A program made the translations under genes and the position numbers. Of a stretch of DNA of 64,000 nucleotides, positions 7,442 through 15,800 are shown one piece after another. The stretch spans positions 88,439-152,438 of the forward strand of contig CAMVNO010000005.1 in the NCBI GenBank assembly GCA_947168855.1, given 5' to 3'. The stretch's first letter is position 1. Every line of letters begins with the position of its first letter. Below the pieces are notes generated by a model, which saw only the letters and a list, made by a program, of their open reading frames with translations, was not told the origin of the DNA and did no database searches. This DNA comes from an uncultured Clostridia bacterium. GTDB lineage: Bacteria; Bacillota; Clostridia; Christensenellales; CAG-138.

Positions 7442-10054
7442 TTACTCTCCGCTGCCGCTCGACGACAGCAGCGCCAGCTTCGTTTCGCCGGCCTTGGTCA
7501 GATCGTCGTCCTTCAGAAGCACGCGGGCGATGACGAATTTCATCAGCGAATATTCCTCCGGCAGGTTTTCCATGTCGAGCTCGAGCATGACCAGCACCAG
7601 ACGTTCGTCCTCCGGATCGACCGCGGAACCGTCCTTCTTCGCCTGACGGAAGCCGATGAACCACGCGATCTCCTTCTTTGCCTGAGAATTCTTGTCCTTC
7701 TTGTTGCCGACCTCCGCGGTCCCCGTCTTGCCCGAAATGATGAAGGAGCGCACGCCGAGGTTTCTGCCGGTGCCGCCGTGCTCCTGCGGCGATTTGCAGA
7801 CGCCGATCATCATGTTCGCCATGGCCTGGGCGTTCGATTCGGAGCAGATCGTTTTCCATACCTCTGTTTCGGTATGGCGGTACGTTTCGGTGTAGTTCTG
7901 CCCCTCCGCCTGCCAGATCGACTCGACGATGTGCGGAACCGGCGCCTTGCCGCCGTTGCGGAACGCGGCGATGTAGCACGCCATCTGCAGCGGCGTCACC
8001 AGAAGCTCGCCCTGTCCGTAGCCGCTCATCGCAAGCAGGTTGTACGTCTCGGTGCTGCCCTCGTTCTTGATCTGCGATTTCTGCGCGGGCAGATCGAACG
8101 GAACGTTCTCGCCCATGCCGATAAACGAAAGGTATTCCTTGAACCGGTCCCAGCCGAGCTTCAGCGCCAGCCATGCGAAAAAGATATTGTCCGAGTCGAT
8201 GATGCTCGATTCCATATTCATCGGCGTGTGACGGTTGGAGCTGCCGGTACGCGTGATCTCGTCGATGCCGGTGTAGGCATAGGTGCCCTTCTTGACCTCC
8301 CAGACGTCCTTGTAGCCGCCGCCCGGCGTCTTGTAGCGGGCGTTGTGGATGTGCTGCATCTCCTCCTGCGGGAAGGTCGTGTTCGGCGTGACCGTGCCCG
8401 CCTCCAGCGAGCCCGCGCCGGTGAACGGCTTGAACGTCGATCCGGGCGCGTAAAGACCCTGAATCGCGCGGTTCAACATCGGCGTCTGCGGGTCGACCTT
8501 CAGCGCTTCGAACGCTTCGGTGCCGACGGCGCCGCGGCTGAACGCCTCCACGTCGTAATCCGGGAACGAATACAGCGCCTGAACCGCGCCGGAATGCGGA
8601 TTCATCACGATGACCGTGCCGGAGATGTTGTCCGTGTAGACGACGGTCTTCACAACCTCCTCAACCCGCTGCTGCATCTTGATGTCCAGCGTCAGGTGCA
8701 GGTCCTGTCCGTCCTTCGCCGGGTTGTTGTACAGCGTCTGACGGTTCGTGCCGTCGATGCCCTGAATGTACGCGTAGCCGCCCTTCTCACCGCGCAGGAT
8801 CCGTTCGTACTGCTGCTCCAGTCCCGCGTAGCCCAGCCAGCTGTCCTTCTCATATGCGTCCAGATCCTCTTCGGTGAACGTATACGAGCTGTATTCCTCG
8901 TCCTTTTTCTTCTTGTCGTCGGATTTCTTTTCGTCCGCATCCGCCTGTTTGTCCGGATCGGCGGTCTCCTCGGGCGCCGCGGTTTCCTCGGGCGTTGCGG
9001 ACTCCTCGGGCGCTTCGGTCTCTTCCGGCGCTTCGGACTCTTCCGGCGCTTCGGACTCTTCCGGCGCTTCGGTCTCCTCCGGCTCGGCGGTCGTCTCCGT
9101 CTCCTTGGGCTTGTCCGCGCTTGCGCTCTTGGCGTCGCGGGCGTTGCGGAGCTTTTCAAGGTCCTTCCACGTCGCCTTCCACATGACCGCCGCAAAACCC
9201 AAAAGATGGGACGCGCTGCGTCCGTACGGGTATGCGCGGAAGCGTGTGGAGGTCATGGCGCCGTTGCGGTCGATGCCGATGCCGGTGATGCTCAGAAGCC
9301 GCTCCTCCAGCGTATCGTCCACCTGATCTGGATAGAGCTTTGCGATAACAGCGGAAGAATTCTTGCTGTAGATCGCGTCGTGCACGATCTTTTCATATTC
9401 ATCCTGCGGCGTGCCGGAGGGCTTCAGGATCGGGATCGAAAGGATCTGCTTTAAGACCTCTTCCTTTTCCTCCTCCGGGATCTGGTTCGGAACACAGAAC
9501 ACCGTGACCGGGGAGAGGTTCTTGACCAGCAGCTCGCCGTTGCAGTCGAAGATCTCGCCGCGCTTCGGATAGTTGACGCCGACCAGCAGCTTGTCCCCCC
9601 ACTCCATCGTCGGGAAGATCAGCGCCGGCGTCCATTGAATGCCCCAGCGTCCGTTTTCATAGAGCGCGTTGATCGTGTAGTCGTTGACCATCTCGCCCAA
9701 TGCGGTATTGTAGGTCATCTGAAAATCGACGGAGCTCGTGATCGAAGCGTCCGACACCGTCCGCACGATGTAGCTGATTTCCCTAAGCCCCACCGCGTCA
9801 AAAATCTGCTGATACTTTTCGGCAAACTCCTTGGCGGAAATCATCGGATCGCCCGGCTTCGTATCGTTGCCGGTCGTGTTCTTCACGGAGTCGGACAGCA
9901 GATCGAACGCCGCCCCGTAGCTGCCCTCCGCAATGTATTCGATAAATTCCAGACAGACGTCACTGCCTTTTCCGTGCGCGCTCGCACAGCCGACCGGCAG
10001 CGCCGCGCCGAACAGCATGAGCAGAATCAATATAAAGCAAATCCCTTTTTTCAC
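7442..10054 (-). CDS. Class B penicillin-binding protein (transpeptidase) with NTF2-like N-terminal domain and acidic repeat insert
   Basis: SxxK (GSTFKP), SxN (SDN) and KTG (KTGTAE) motifs. N-terminal signal/anchor MKKGICFILILLMLFGAAL. Internal EAPEESEAPEE repeats. Confidence 0.9.
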   Translation of the reverse strand: MKKGICFILILLMLFGAALPVGCASAHGKGSDVCLEFIEYIAEGSYGAAFDLLSDSVKNTTGNDTKPGDPMISAKEFAEKYQQIFDAVGLREISYIVRTVSDASITSSVDFQMTYNTALGEMVNDYTINALYENGRWGIQWTPALIFPTMEWGDKLLVGVNYPKRGEIFDCNGELLVKNLSPVTVFCVPNQIPEEEKEEVLKQILSIPILKPSGTPQDEYEKIVHDAIYSKNSSAVIAKLYPDQVDDTLEERLLSITGIGIDRNGAMTSTRFRAYPYGRSASHLLGFAAVMWKATWKDLEKLRNARDAKSASADKPKETETTAEPEETEAPEESEAPEESEAPEETEAPEESATPEETAAPEETADPDKQADADEKKSDDKKKKDEEYSSYTFTEEDLDAYEKDSWLGYAGLEQQYERILRGEKGGYAYIQGIDGTNRQTLYNNPAKDGQDLHLTLDIKMQQRVEEVVKTVVYTDNISGTVIVMNPHSGAVQALYSFPDYDVEAFSRGAVGTEAFEALKVDPQTPMLNRAIQGLYAPGSTFKPFTGAGSLEAGTVTPNTTFPQEEMQHIHNARYKTPGGGYKDVWEVKKGTYAYTGIDEITRTGSSNRHTPMNMESSIIDSDNIFFAWLALKLGWDRFKEYLSFIGMGENVPFDLPAQKSQIKNEGSTETYNLLAMSGYGQGELLVTPLQMACYIAAFRNGGKAPVPHIVESIWQAEGQNYTETYRHTETEVWKTICSESNAQAMANMMIGVCKSPQEHGGTGRNLGVRSFIISGKTGTAEVGNKKDKNSQAKKEIAWFIGFRQAKKDGSAVDPEDERLVLVMLELDMENLPEEYSLMKFVIARVLLKDDDLTKAGETKLALLSSSGSGE
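8964..9089 (-). repeat. Seven in-frame 18-nt tandem repeats inside the PBP gene (E-[AT]-P-E-E-[ST] units)
   Basis: Plus-strand units GGTCTCCTCGGGCGCCGC / GGTTTCCTCGGGCGTTGC / GGACTCCTCGGGCGCTTC / GGTCTCTTCCGGCGCTTC / GGACTCTTCCGGCGCTTC x2 / GGTCTCCTCCGGCTCGGC. Confidence 0.9.
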
Positions 10055-10180
10055 AATCCTGTCTCCGGGTCATAAATTTCCGTTTATCATTATAACAGAT
10101 GAAATGCAATTTGTGTTGTTTTTTTATGATCGTTTTCAAAAAAGACGCTTTTCATCCGCATTTTCTTCATACGATAAACC

Positions 10181-10756
10181 ATGGACCCTGTGATTTTGTT
10201 TCTTCTGCTTGCCGGGATCGGCGTTTCGCTGTTCTCGGGAAATGCCGACGGCGTGCTGACCGCGCTGCAAAACGGCGCGTCCGACGCCGTTCAGACCGTG
10301 CTGCGCATCTCGGGCGCGTATCTTCTCTGGATGGGGCTTTTGAACATTGCGGAAAAAGCGGGACTCATCCGGGCGCTGAGCCGGCTTCTGTCGCCGGTGC
10401 TCTCGCTGCTGTTCCCGAAGGCAGGCGGCGCGCGGGAGGCGATCGCTCTGAATCTTGCCGCCAACATGCTGGGCATGGGCAACGCCGCGACGCCGTACGG
10501 GCTTTCCGCCATGCGGCTCTTAAGCGAAACGAACCCGCGTCCCGGCGTCGCTACCGACGAGATGTGCGTGCTGCTCGTTCTGAACGCCTCATGCCTGGAG
10601 CTGTTCCCCGCAACGCTCGTGGGCTTACGGGCAAGCTTCGGCTCCGCGCGTCCCGCCGCGGTCGTGCTGCCGACGTTTTTGTCCTCGCTTTCGGCAACGC
10701 TTGTCGCCGTGATCCTGTGCCTCGTTTTCACACGTCCATGCCGATCGCGATCCTGA
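10181..10756 (+). CDS. spmA: Spore maturation protein A (nucleoside-recognition domain membrane protein)
   Basis: Polytopic membrane protein with the typical SpmA N-terminus (...GVLTALQNGASDAVQTVLRISGAYLLWMGLLNIAEKAGL). Followed by an overlapping spmB. Confidence 0.8.
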   Translation: MDPVILFLLLAGIGVSLFSGNADGVLTALQNGASDAVQTVLRISGAYLLWMGLLNIAEKAGLIRALSRLLSPVLSLLFPKAGGAREAIALNLAANMLGMGNAATPYGLSAMRLLSETNPRPGVATDEMCVLLVLNASCLELFPATLVGLRASFGSARPAAVVLPTFLSSLSATLVAVILCLVFTRPCRSRS

Positions 10757-11244
10757 TCCTGCTTCTTCTGCTGTACGCCGCCGTCCGGCGCGTTCCCGTG
10801 TTCGACGCGTTTCGCGAGGGCGCGGCGCGGGCGATCCCGCTTCTCAAAACGATCCTGCCGACGCTTGCGGTGTTTTCCGCCGCCATGTCGCTGTTTCGCG
10901 CAGGTGGGGCGTTCGATCTTCTGTCGTCGTTCCTGTCCCCCGCCGCGAACGCGCTCGGCGTCGACAGCGCGCTTCTGCCGCTCATTCTGGTCCGCCCGGT
11001 TTCCGGCAGCGCCGCAATCGCCGCGCTGTCGGATCTCTTCACGCAGTACGGTCCCGATTCGCGCATCGGCTACACCGCTAGCGTGCTTCTGGGCTCGTCC
11101 GAAACGGTCTTCTATACGCTCGCGCTGTATTTCGGCAGCGTCGGGATCAAAAAGACGCGCTTCGCCGTGCCCGCCGCGCTGCTCTCCCTGCTCACCTCCG
11201 TCGTAACGGGGCTTTTGTTCTCCTCGCTGTTCTTCTCCCCCTGA
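10738..11244 (+). CDS. spmB: Spore maturation protein B
   Basis: Only the last 169 codons of listed ORF 10099..11244 look real (MPIAILILLLLLYAA...RPVSGSAAIAALSDLF...). ATG 10738 overlaps the spmA end by 19 nt. Confidence 0.8.
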   Translation: MPIAILILLLLLYAAVRRVPVFDAFREGAARAIPLLKTILPTLAVFSAAMSLFRAGGAFDLLSSFLSPAANALGVDSALLPLILVRPVSGSAAIAALSDLFTQYGPDSRIGYTASVLLGSSETVFYTLALYFGSVGIKKTRFAVPAALLSLLTSVVTGLLFSSLFFSP

Positions 11245-11386
11245 TCTGTCCGCCCCGCGCGTTTTTCACCATATACAGGGGTTCTGAGATCGCGTCAGGC
11301 CCCGTCATGTCCTCGCGCGCGTTATGACCGACTGACGGAACGTCGCCCGTTATTTCTTTACTATTATTATTTATTTCCCCATCATC

Positions 11387-11490
11387 TGGTGACCGGGGTG
11401 GGGTCACCTCGTGACCGGGGAGGGGGTCAGGACGTGACAATGCGGTTGTCATCTCGTGACCGGGGGTCCCCTCATTTCGTGACAAATCGC
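11387..11490. repeat. Tandem mini-hairpin array with constant word (T)CGTGAC
   Basis: tgGTGACCggggtggGGTCACc / tcGTGACCggggagggGGTCAgga / cGTGACAatgcggTTGTCAtc / tcGTGACCgggggtcccctcattt / cGTGACaaatcgc, period 21-24 nt. Preceded by an AT-rich stretch at 11351..11380. Confidence 0.8.
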
Positions 11491-11660
11491 TCCGCCCTCC
11501 GTTTCTTCGCTTTGAACACAGCACGACCCCCCGGGCAGCTTTCCCGGAAAAAGTCCGGTTTCGGAAGGACGGCGAAACCGCGGTTTTTCGTGGACAATTC
11601 GGGAAAGGTGTGATATGATATGATTGAAAATATGCAGGATTGTCCGGAGGCAAACAAGCT

Positions 11661-13232
11661 ATGTTGATCGACAACCGAATCCTCGTCGGCAAGGGCGAGA
11701 CCGAAGCCTTTATCCGTCCCGAAATGGCGAACCGCCACGGCATGATCGCCGGCGCGACCGGCACGGGCAAGACCATCACCCTGAAGGTCATGGCGGAATC
11801 GTTCTCCGACCTCGGCGTGCCGGTATTCTTAGCGGACGTCAAGGGCGATCTAAGTGGCTGCTGCAAACCCGGCGAGATGACCGAAAAGATCGCGTCGCGG
11901 CTGACCGGCATCGGCATCGACCCCGAAGGCTTTCCCATGCGGCGGTACCCCGTGCGCTTCTGGGACGTGTACGGCGAGGGCGGACATCCCGTGCGCACGA
12001 CCGTTTCCGAGATGGGCGCGGAGTTGCTTGCCCGGCTTCTGAACCTTTCCGACGTGCAGACCGGCGTGCTGTCGATCGCGTTCCGTGTGGCGGACGACAA
12101 CGGCTGGCTGCTCATAGACCTCAAGGACCTGCGCGCGATGGTCGCCTACATCACCGAGCACGCGGCGGAGCTTCTGCATACGTACGGCAATATTTCAAAA
12201 CAGTCCGCAGGCGCGATCCAGCGCGCGCTCCTGCAGCTTGAGGACGCGGGCGGCAACCTGTTCTTCGGCGAACCCGCGATCGACCTCAATGACTGGATGC
12301 AGGTCGACGAGGACGGCAGAGGCTATATCAACGTGTTCCACTGCGCAAAGCTCTATCAGAGCCCGCTGCTTTACTCGACCTTTATGCTGTGGCTTCTTGC
12401 GGAGCTTTTCGAGCAGCTTCCGGAGGTCGGCGATCTCGAAAAGCCGAAGCTCGTGTTTTTCTTTGATGAGGCGCATCTCCTGTTTTCCGACGCGAAGCGT
12501 GCGCTGAAGAGCAAGGTCGAGCAGGTCGTGAAGCTGATCCGCTCGAAGGGCGTCGGCGTCTATTTCATCTCGCAGCAGCCGAGCGATCTGCCGGATCCGG
12601 TGCTTGCGCAGCTATCTAACCGCGTACAGCACGCGCTGCGCGCCTACACGCCCGCCGAGCAGAAGGCGATCAAGACCGCCGCGGCGACGTTCCGCGTGAA
12701 CCCGGAGTTCGACACCGAGGAGGTGCTTTCGGAGCTCGGCACCGGCGAAGCGCTGGTGAGCTTTCTGGATGAGAAGGGACGCCCGTCGATCGTCGAGCGC
12801 TGCACGATCCTGCCGCCGCAGTCGATGATGGGCATGATCGACGACGAGCGCCGGAAGAGCGAGATCATGGCGGACACGCTCTACGGCAAGTATGACGAGC
12901 CGGTCGACAACGAATCCGCCTATGAGATCCTGACCGGCAAAGCGCAGGAGGAAGCCGAAGAGAAGGCCGAGGCGGAACGCGAGGAAGCCGAAGCGAAGGA
13001 GCGCGAACGGCAGGAGAAGGAAGAAGCCAGGGCGAAGGAAAAGGCGGAAAAGGAAGAAGCCAAAGCGAAGGAAAAAGCCGAAAAGGAAGCGCTGCGCGAA
13101 AAGGCGAAGAAGAAAAAGAAGACGACCTCCGCGCTCGGCAAGGTCGCAAACTCCACGATGAATTCGATCGGCAGAGAGGTCGGAAAATCGCTGTACCGCG
13201 GGCTTTTGGGCACGCTGAAAAAACTGTTCTGA
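11661..13232 (+). CDS. DUF853 / HerA-like P-loop ATPase (YjgR family) with K/E-rich C-terminal tail
   Basis: [16 protein letters not shown]alker [12 protein letters not shown]alker B. Start set to ATG 11661 after GGAGG. Confidence 0.85.
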   Translation: MLIDNRILVGKGETEAFIRPEMANRHGMIAGATGTGKTITLKVMAESFSDLGVPVFLADVKGDLSGCCKPGEMTEKIASRLTGIGIDPEGFPMRRYPVRFWDVYGEGGHPVRTTVSEMGAELLARLLNLSDVQTGVLSIAFRVADDNGWLLIDLKDLRAMVAYITEHAAELLHTYGNISKQSAGAIQRALLQLEDAGGNLFFGEPAIDLNDWMQVDEDGRGYINVFHCAKLYQSPLLYSTFMLWLLAELFEQLPEVGDLEKPKLVFFFDEAHLLFSDAKRALKSKVEQVVKLIRSKGVGVYFISQQPSDLPDPVLAQLSNRVQHALRAYTPAEQKAIKTAAATFRVNPEFDTEEVLSELGTGEALVSFLDEKGRPSIVERCTILPPQSMMGMIDDERRKSEIMADTLYGKYDEPVDNESAYEILTGKAQEEAEEKAEAEREEAEAKERERQEKEEARAKEKAEKEEAKAKEKAEKEALREKAKKKKKTTSALGKVANSTMNSIGREVGKSLYRGLLGTLKKLF

Positions 13233-13247
13233 CGAAAGGAGAACGCC

Positions 13248-13829
13248 ATGCCGCAATACTGTGAAAACTGCATGAAGCTTGTCGAAGGATCCGTCTGCCC
13301 GCGCTGCAGAAACAGAAAGCTCCGCGCGGTCGAGCCCGGCGATTTCTGCCTCGTTGCAGAGGTGCACTATATGCAGGCGGAGATGCTCAAGGAGCTTTTC
13401 CGCGACAACGACATTCCCTGCACGGACCGGTCCGTGCTCGGCGCGGGGATCACCGTGAACCTCGGCGTCAATGTTGGGCTTGTCCGGCTGTACGTGCCGT
13501 ATGACCGCCTCGATTTTGCAAAGGAGCTCTATCGCGTCTATTTCAACAGCCCGGTCCAGCCCGAGGAACCCGAACCGGAGCGCGAGCTGCTCATCGGACA
13601 CGTCTACCGCCATTTCAAGGGCGGGCTGTACCGCGTCGAGGACGTGGCGAAGCATTCGGAAACGCTCGAGGAGTACGTCGTCTACCGCAAGCTGTACGGC
13701 GACCGCTCGCTGTGGATCCGTCCGAAGGCGATGTTTTTGTCCCAGGTCGACCGCGAGAAGTATCCCGACGCCATGCAGGAATACCGCTTCGAGCCGTACG
13801 ACGGCGAAGGCGCCGAAGAGACTGAATAA
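13248..13829 (+). CDS. DUF1653 domain protein with N-terminal CxxC..CxxC zinc-ribbon segment
   Basis: YRHFKGGLYRVEDVAKHSETLEEYVVYRKLYGDRSLWIRPKAMF matches my recollection of DUF1653. N-terminus CENC...CPRC. SD GAAAGGAG. Confidence 0.65.
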   Translation: MPQYCENCMKLVEGSVCPRCRNRKLRAVEPGDFCLVAEVHYMQAEMLKELFRDNDIPCTDRSVLGAGITVNLGVNVGLVRLYVPYDRLDFAKELYRVYFNSPVQPEEPEPERELLIGHVYRHFKGGLYRVEDVAKHSETLEEYVVYRKLYGDRSLWIRPKAMFLSQVDREKYPDAMQEYRFEPYDGEGAEETE

Positions 13830-13858
13830 TCGCTTCGATTTCGCATATTCTTACAAAT

Positions 13859-13886
13859 GCTGTATACGCTGTTATACAGCGTTTTT
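13859..13886 (+). terminator. Intrinsic terminator of the DUF1653 gene
   Basis: GCTGTATAcgctgtTATACAGC followed by GTTTTT. Confidence 0.6.
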
Positions 13887-13941
13887 GCATGGTTTTTCAC
13901 GGTATACGATGTAAAATCCGTGTCAAATATTCATGGAATGT

Positions 13942-13970
13942 TTGCATTTTTCGGCACGCGGTGCTATACT
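13942..13970 (+). promoter_or_regulatory. Sigma-70-like promoter TTGCAT-17 nt-TATACT
   Basis: -35 at 13942..13947 and -10 at 13965..13970 with exact 17-nt spacing. No protein gene follows on this strand. Confidence 0.45.
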
Positions 13971-13976
13971 CGGAAT

Positions 13977-14097
13977 CGCCATCGAGAGTGCGCGAGAGAC
14001 AAGCTTTATGACCGCACAGCAACCTGCCTGAGTAAGGTGCTAAAACTTGTTGATGGCATGTCAAAACCATTCCGTCCCGCTCGTCCGGGACTTTTTT
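13977..14097 (+). ncRNA. Candidate ~120-nt stand-alone structured small RNA or orphan riboswitch-like element (family not recognised)
   Basis: Bounded by the promoter above and the terminator GTCCCGctcgtcCGGGAC+TTTTTT (14074..14097). Long-range closing helix CGGAATCGCCATC (13971..13983) / GATGGC...ATTCCG (14052..14074). Internal helices GTGCG/CGCAC and ACAAG/CTTGT. Confidence 0.35.
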
Positions 14098-14102
14098 GTT
14101 GC

Positions 14103-14132
14103 AAAAAATCGGCAGGAGTTTTCCCTGCCGAT
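14103..14132 (-). terminator. Intrinsic terminator of gene 14145..15677
   Basis: On the minus strand: AATCGGCAGGgaaaactCCTGCCGATT followed by TTTTTT. Confidence 0.6.
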
Positions 14133-14144
14133 TATGTATTCCGT

Positions 14145-15677
14145 TCAGTTTTCGGGACGCGGCTTCACATGCAGATCGCCGTCCCAGTCGCGGTATTCGG
14201 GAACATACTTCTTGCCCGTCGCGGCGTTCACATAGACCGTGTCCGCAACCCAGCCAGTGTTGATGCCGACCCAGAAGAACTCGTCGTTCGCGTAGTGCTC
14301 GGCATACTTCAGTACGCCGTCCTCAAAGCCCAGTTCGTAGACCGTGCCGTCCTCAAGAATGATGTCCATTGTGCAGTAGTGCCCGTCCGCAACCGCGTTG
14401 ACGTCGACATTCTTGACGGCTTTTCCGTGCGTGTCGCCGTCATACGTGCCGAGCGCCGTCATCAGCTCCTCGCCGATCTGTCTTGCGACCGTTTCGTATT
14501 CCGCACCGCCCATCATCTCATACGGGATCGCTAAAAGATCCTCGCACGGGACGGCGCAGTCCAGCCGGATCACGTCGTGCGAATACGCGGACACCGTCAT
14601 TTCAAATTGATCGCCGGTGATCACCCAGCAGTCCTCGCGCGCGCCGCTGTCGTCGCGATAGAAGGTTGCCTTGAAATCCCCCTGCTTTGCGTCTTGACCG
14701 GAAAGCCGGTTATACAGACGATACAGCAGCGAGGTGATCGTTCTGTCGCTCACCATTTGGTTCTCTCCGAATGTCGGCGGCTCGGCTTTCACAAAGTTTC
14801 TCGGATATGCAGGCGTTTCATAGTCGATCTGGATGTCCGCAAGGAAGTATTCGCATTCGAGCATCGCATGCTGGTTCGGATAGACCGCGAATTGCCAGAG
14901 TTGATCGCCGCAGTAGGAGAACGCAAGGCATTCGTCCGTTTCGGTCGTAAGCATATAAACGCCCTCGTGCATCCATTGATTGTTGTTATCGCGATACAGC
15001 ACCGCGGATTTGTAACCGAGCTTTTCCGCAAGCCGCAGCGCGTCCTTTTCACGGTCAAGCGTTACTGTTTTCGGGTACGTCAGAAGATCGGCGCAAAGTA
15101 CTTTCCAATTCGTCTCGGAGAACGATACGATATAGTTTCCCGCGGGATCGGTCACGCGGAGAACGGTATCGCGGTCGCCGTCCTTGTCGGTATACACGAC
15201 CACACTCGCTTCTTCGAGCGTGTAGCCCGTCAGTGTCTCATACGACTGTTCGAATACTTTCTCAGTAAACTGCTTTGCCGCCTGTTTTGCAAGATCCTCC
15301 TGCTCCCGACTCGGTCTCGATACGTCCCAAAGCATCAGGTTTGCTGCGGGACAACTGCCTGTCCGAACGGGGATCACATACTGTCTGCGCTGCTCCACCC
15401 ACTCCGAGATCTCGGAAATCTCTTTTGCGGAGAGCTGCTTCGCCTCCGGCGTGGGCGTGGGTTTCGTGAGATCCTGCGACGATTCGTTTTCGTCCCCTGC
15501 CGCCGCGGCATTCGACTCGTTCATCTCCTCCTTCGCCTCCGCGACGGTCGAGAACGATCTTCCTTCCTTGGAGAATTTGATCACGCCGGTGAGCAGAAGA
15601 CCGGACAGAATTCCGATGCACAGCACGCCGCAGAGCGCGATCAAAAGCACTTTGTGTTTCGTAACGATTTTTGTCAT
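14145..15677 (-). CDS. Membrane-anchored extracytoplasmic protein of unknown function
   Basis: Start moved to ATG 15677 (SD AAGGAGG). N-terminal anchor KHKVLLIALCGVLCIGILSGLLLTGVI. No domain recognised. Confidence 0.6.
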   Translation of the reverse strand: MTKIVTKHKVLLIALCGVLCIGILSGLLLTGVIKFSKEGRSFSTVAEAKEEMNESNAAAAGDENESSQDLTKPTPTPEAKQLSAKEISEISEWVEQRRQYVIPVRTGSCPAANLMLWDVSRPSREQEDLAKQAAKQFTEKVFEQSYETLTGYTLEEASVVVYTDKDGDRDTVLRVTDPAGNYIVSFSETNWKVLCADLLTYPKTVTLDREKDALRLAEKLGYKSAVLYRDNNNQWMHEGVYMLTTETDECLAFSYCGDQLWQFAVYPNQHAMLECEYFLADIQIDYETPAYPRNFVKAEPPTFGENQMVSDRTITSLLYRLYNRLSGQDAKQGDFKATFYRDDSGAREDCWVITGDQFEMTVSAYSHDVIRLDCAVPCEDLLAIPYEMMGGAEYETVARQIGEELMTALGTYDGDTHGKAVKNVDVNAVADGHYCTMDIILEDGTVYELGFEDGVLKYAEHYANDEFFWVGINTGWVADTVYVNAATGKKYVPEYRDWDGDLHVKPRPEN

Positions 15678-15715
15678 GGCTTTTGCCTCCTTTCTACGGT
15701 GCCATCGTAGCACGG

Positions 15716-15759
15716 AACATGTAACAGAGTCATCACAGAGTTGTAAGAGAGTTGTAAAA
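15716..15759 (-). promoter_or_regulatory. Candidate response-regulator operator: four 11-nt phased direct repeats
   Basis: Minus strand reads TTTTACAACTC TCTTACAACTC TGTGATGACTC TGTTACATGTT. It ends 39 nt upstream of start codon 15677. Confidence 0.5.
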
Positions 15760-15800
15760 TGTCGGAGCCATCGGCGCGATATTCACCCGCGAAGCGGATA

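Noticed and set aside
10099-11244. Listed 381-aa ORF spanning spmA and spmB
   Set aside because: The first two thirds run out of frame across spmA and translate to Arg-rich nonsense. Only the part from ATG 10738 (MPIAILILL...) is a plausible membrane protein (SpmB).
11640-13829. HerA-like ATPase plus DUF1653 gene as an anti-phage defence pair
   Set aside because: The ATPase has the DUF853/YjgR architecture, which I recall as a widespread stand-alone family. No nuclease, Sir2 or other effector partner is adjacent, and the composition is native. There is not enough evidence for a defence call.
13977-14097. Small SRP (4.5S), 6S, tmRNA or a known riboswitch class
   Set aside because: I could not find the conserved cores I remember for SRP, TPP, SAM, cobalamin, guanidine, c-di-GMP, fluoride or preQ1 elements. 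It is kept only as an unclassified candidate RNA.
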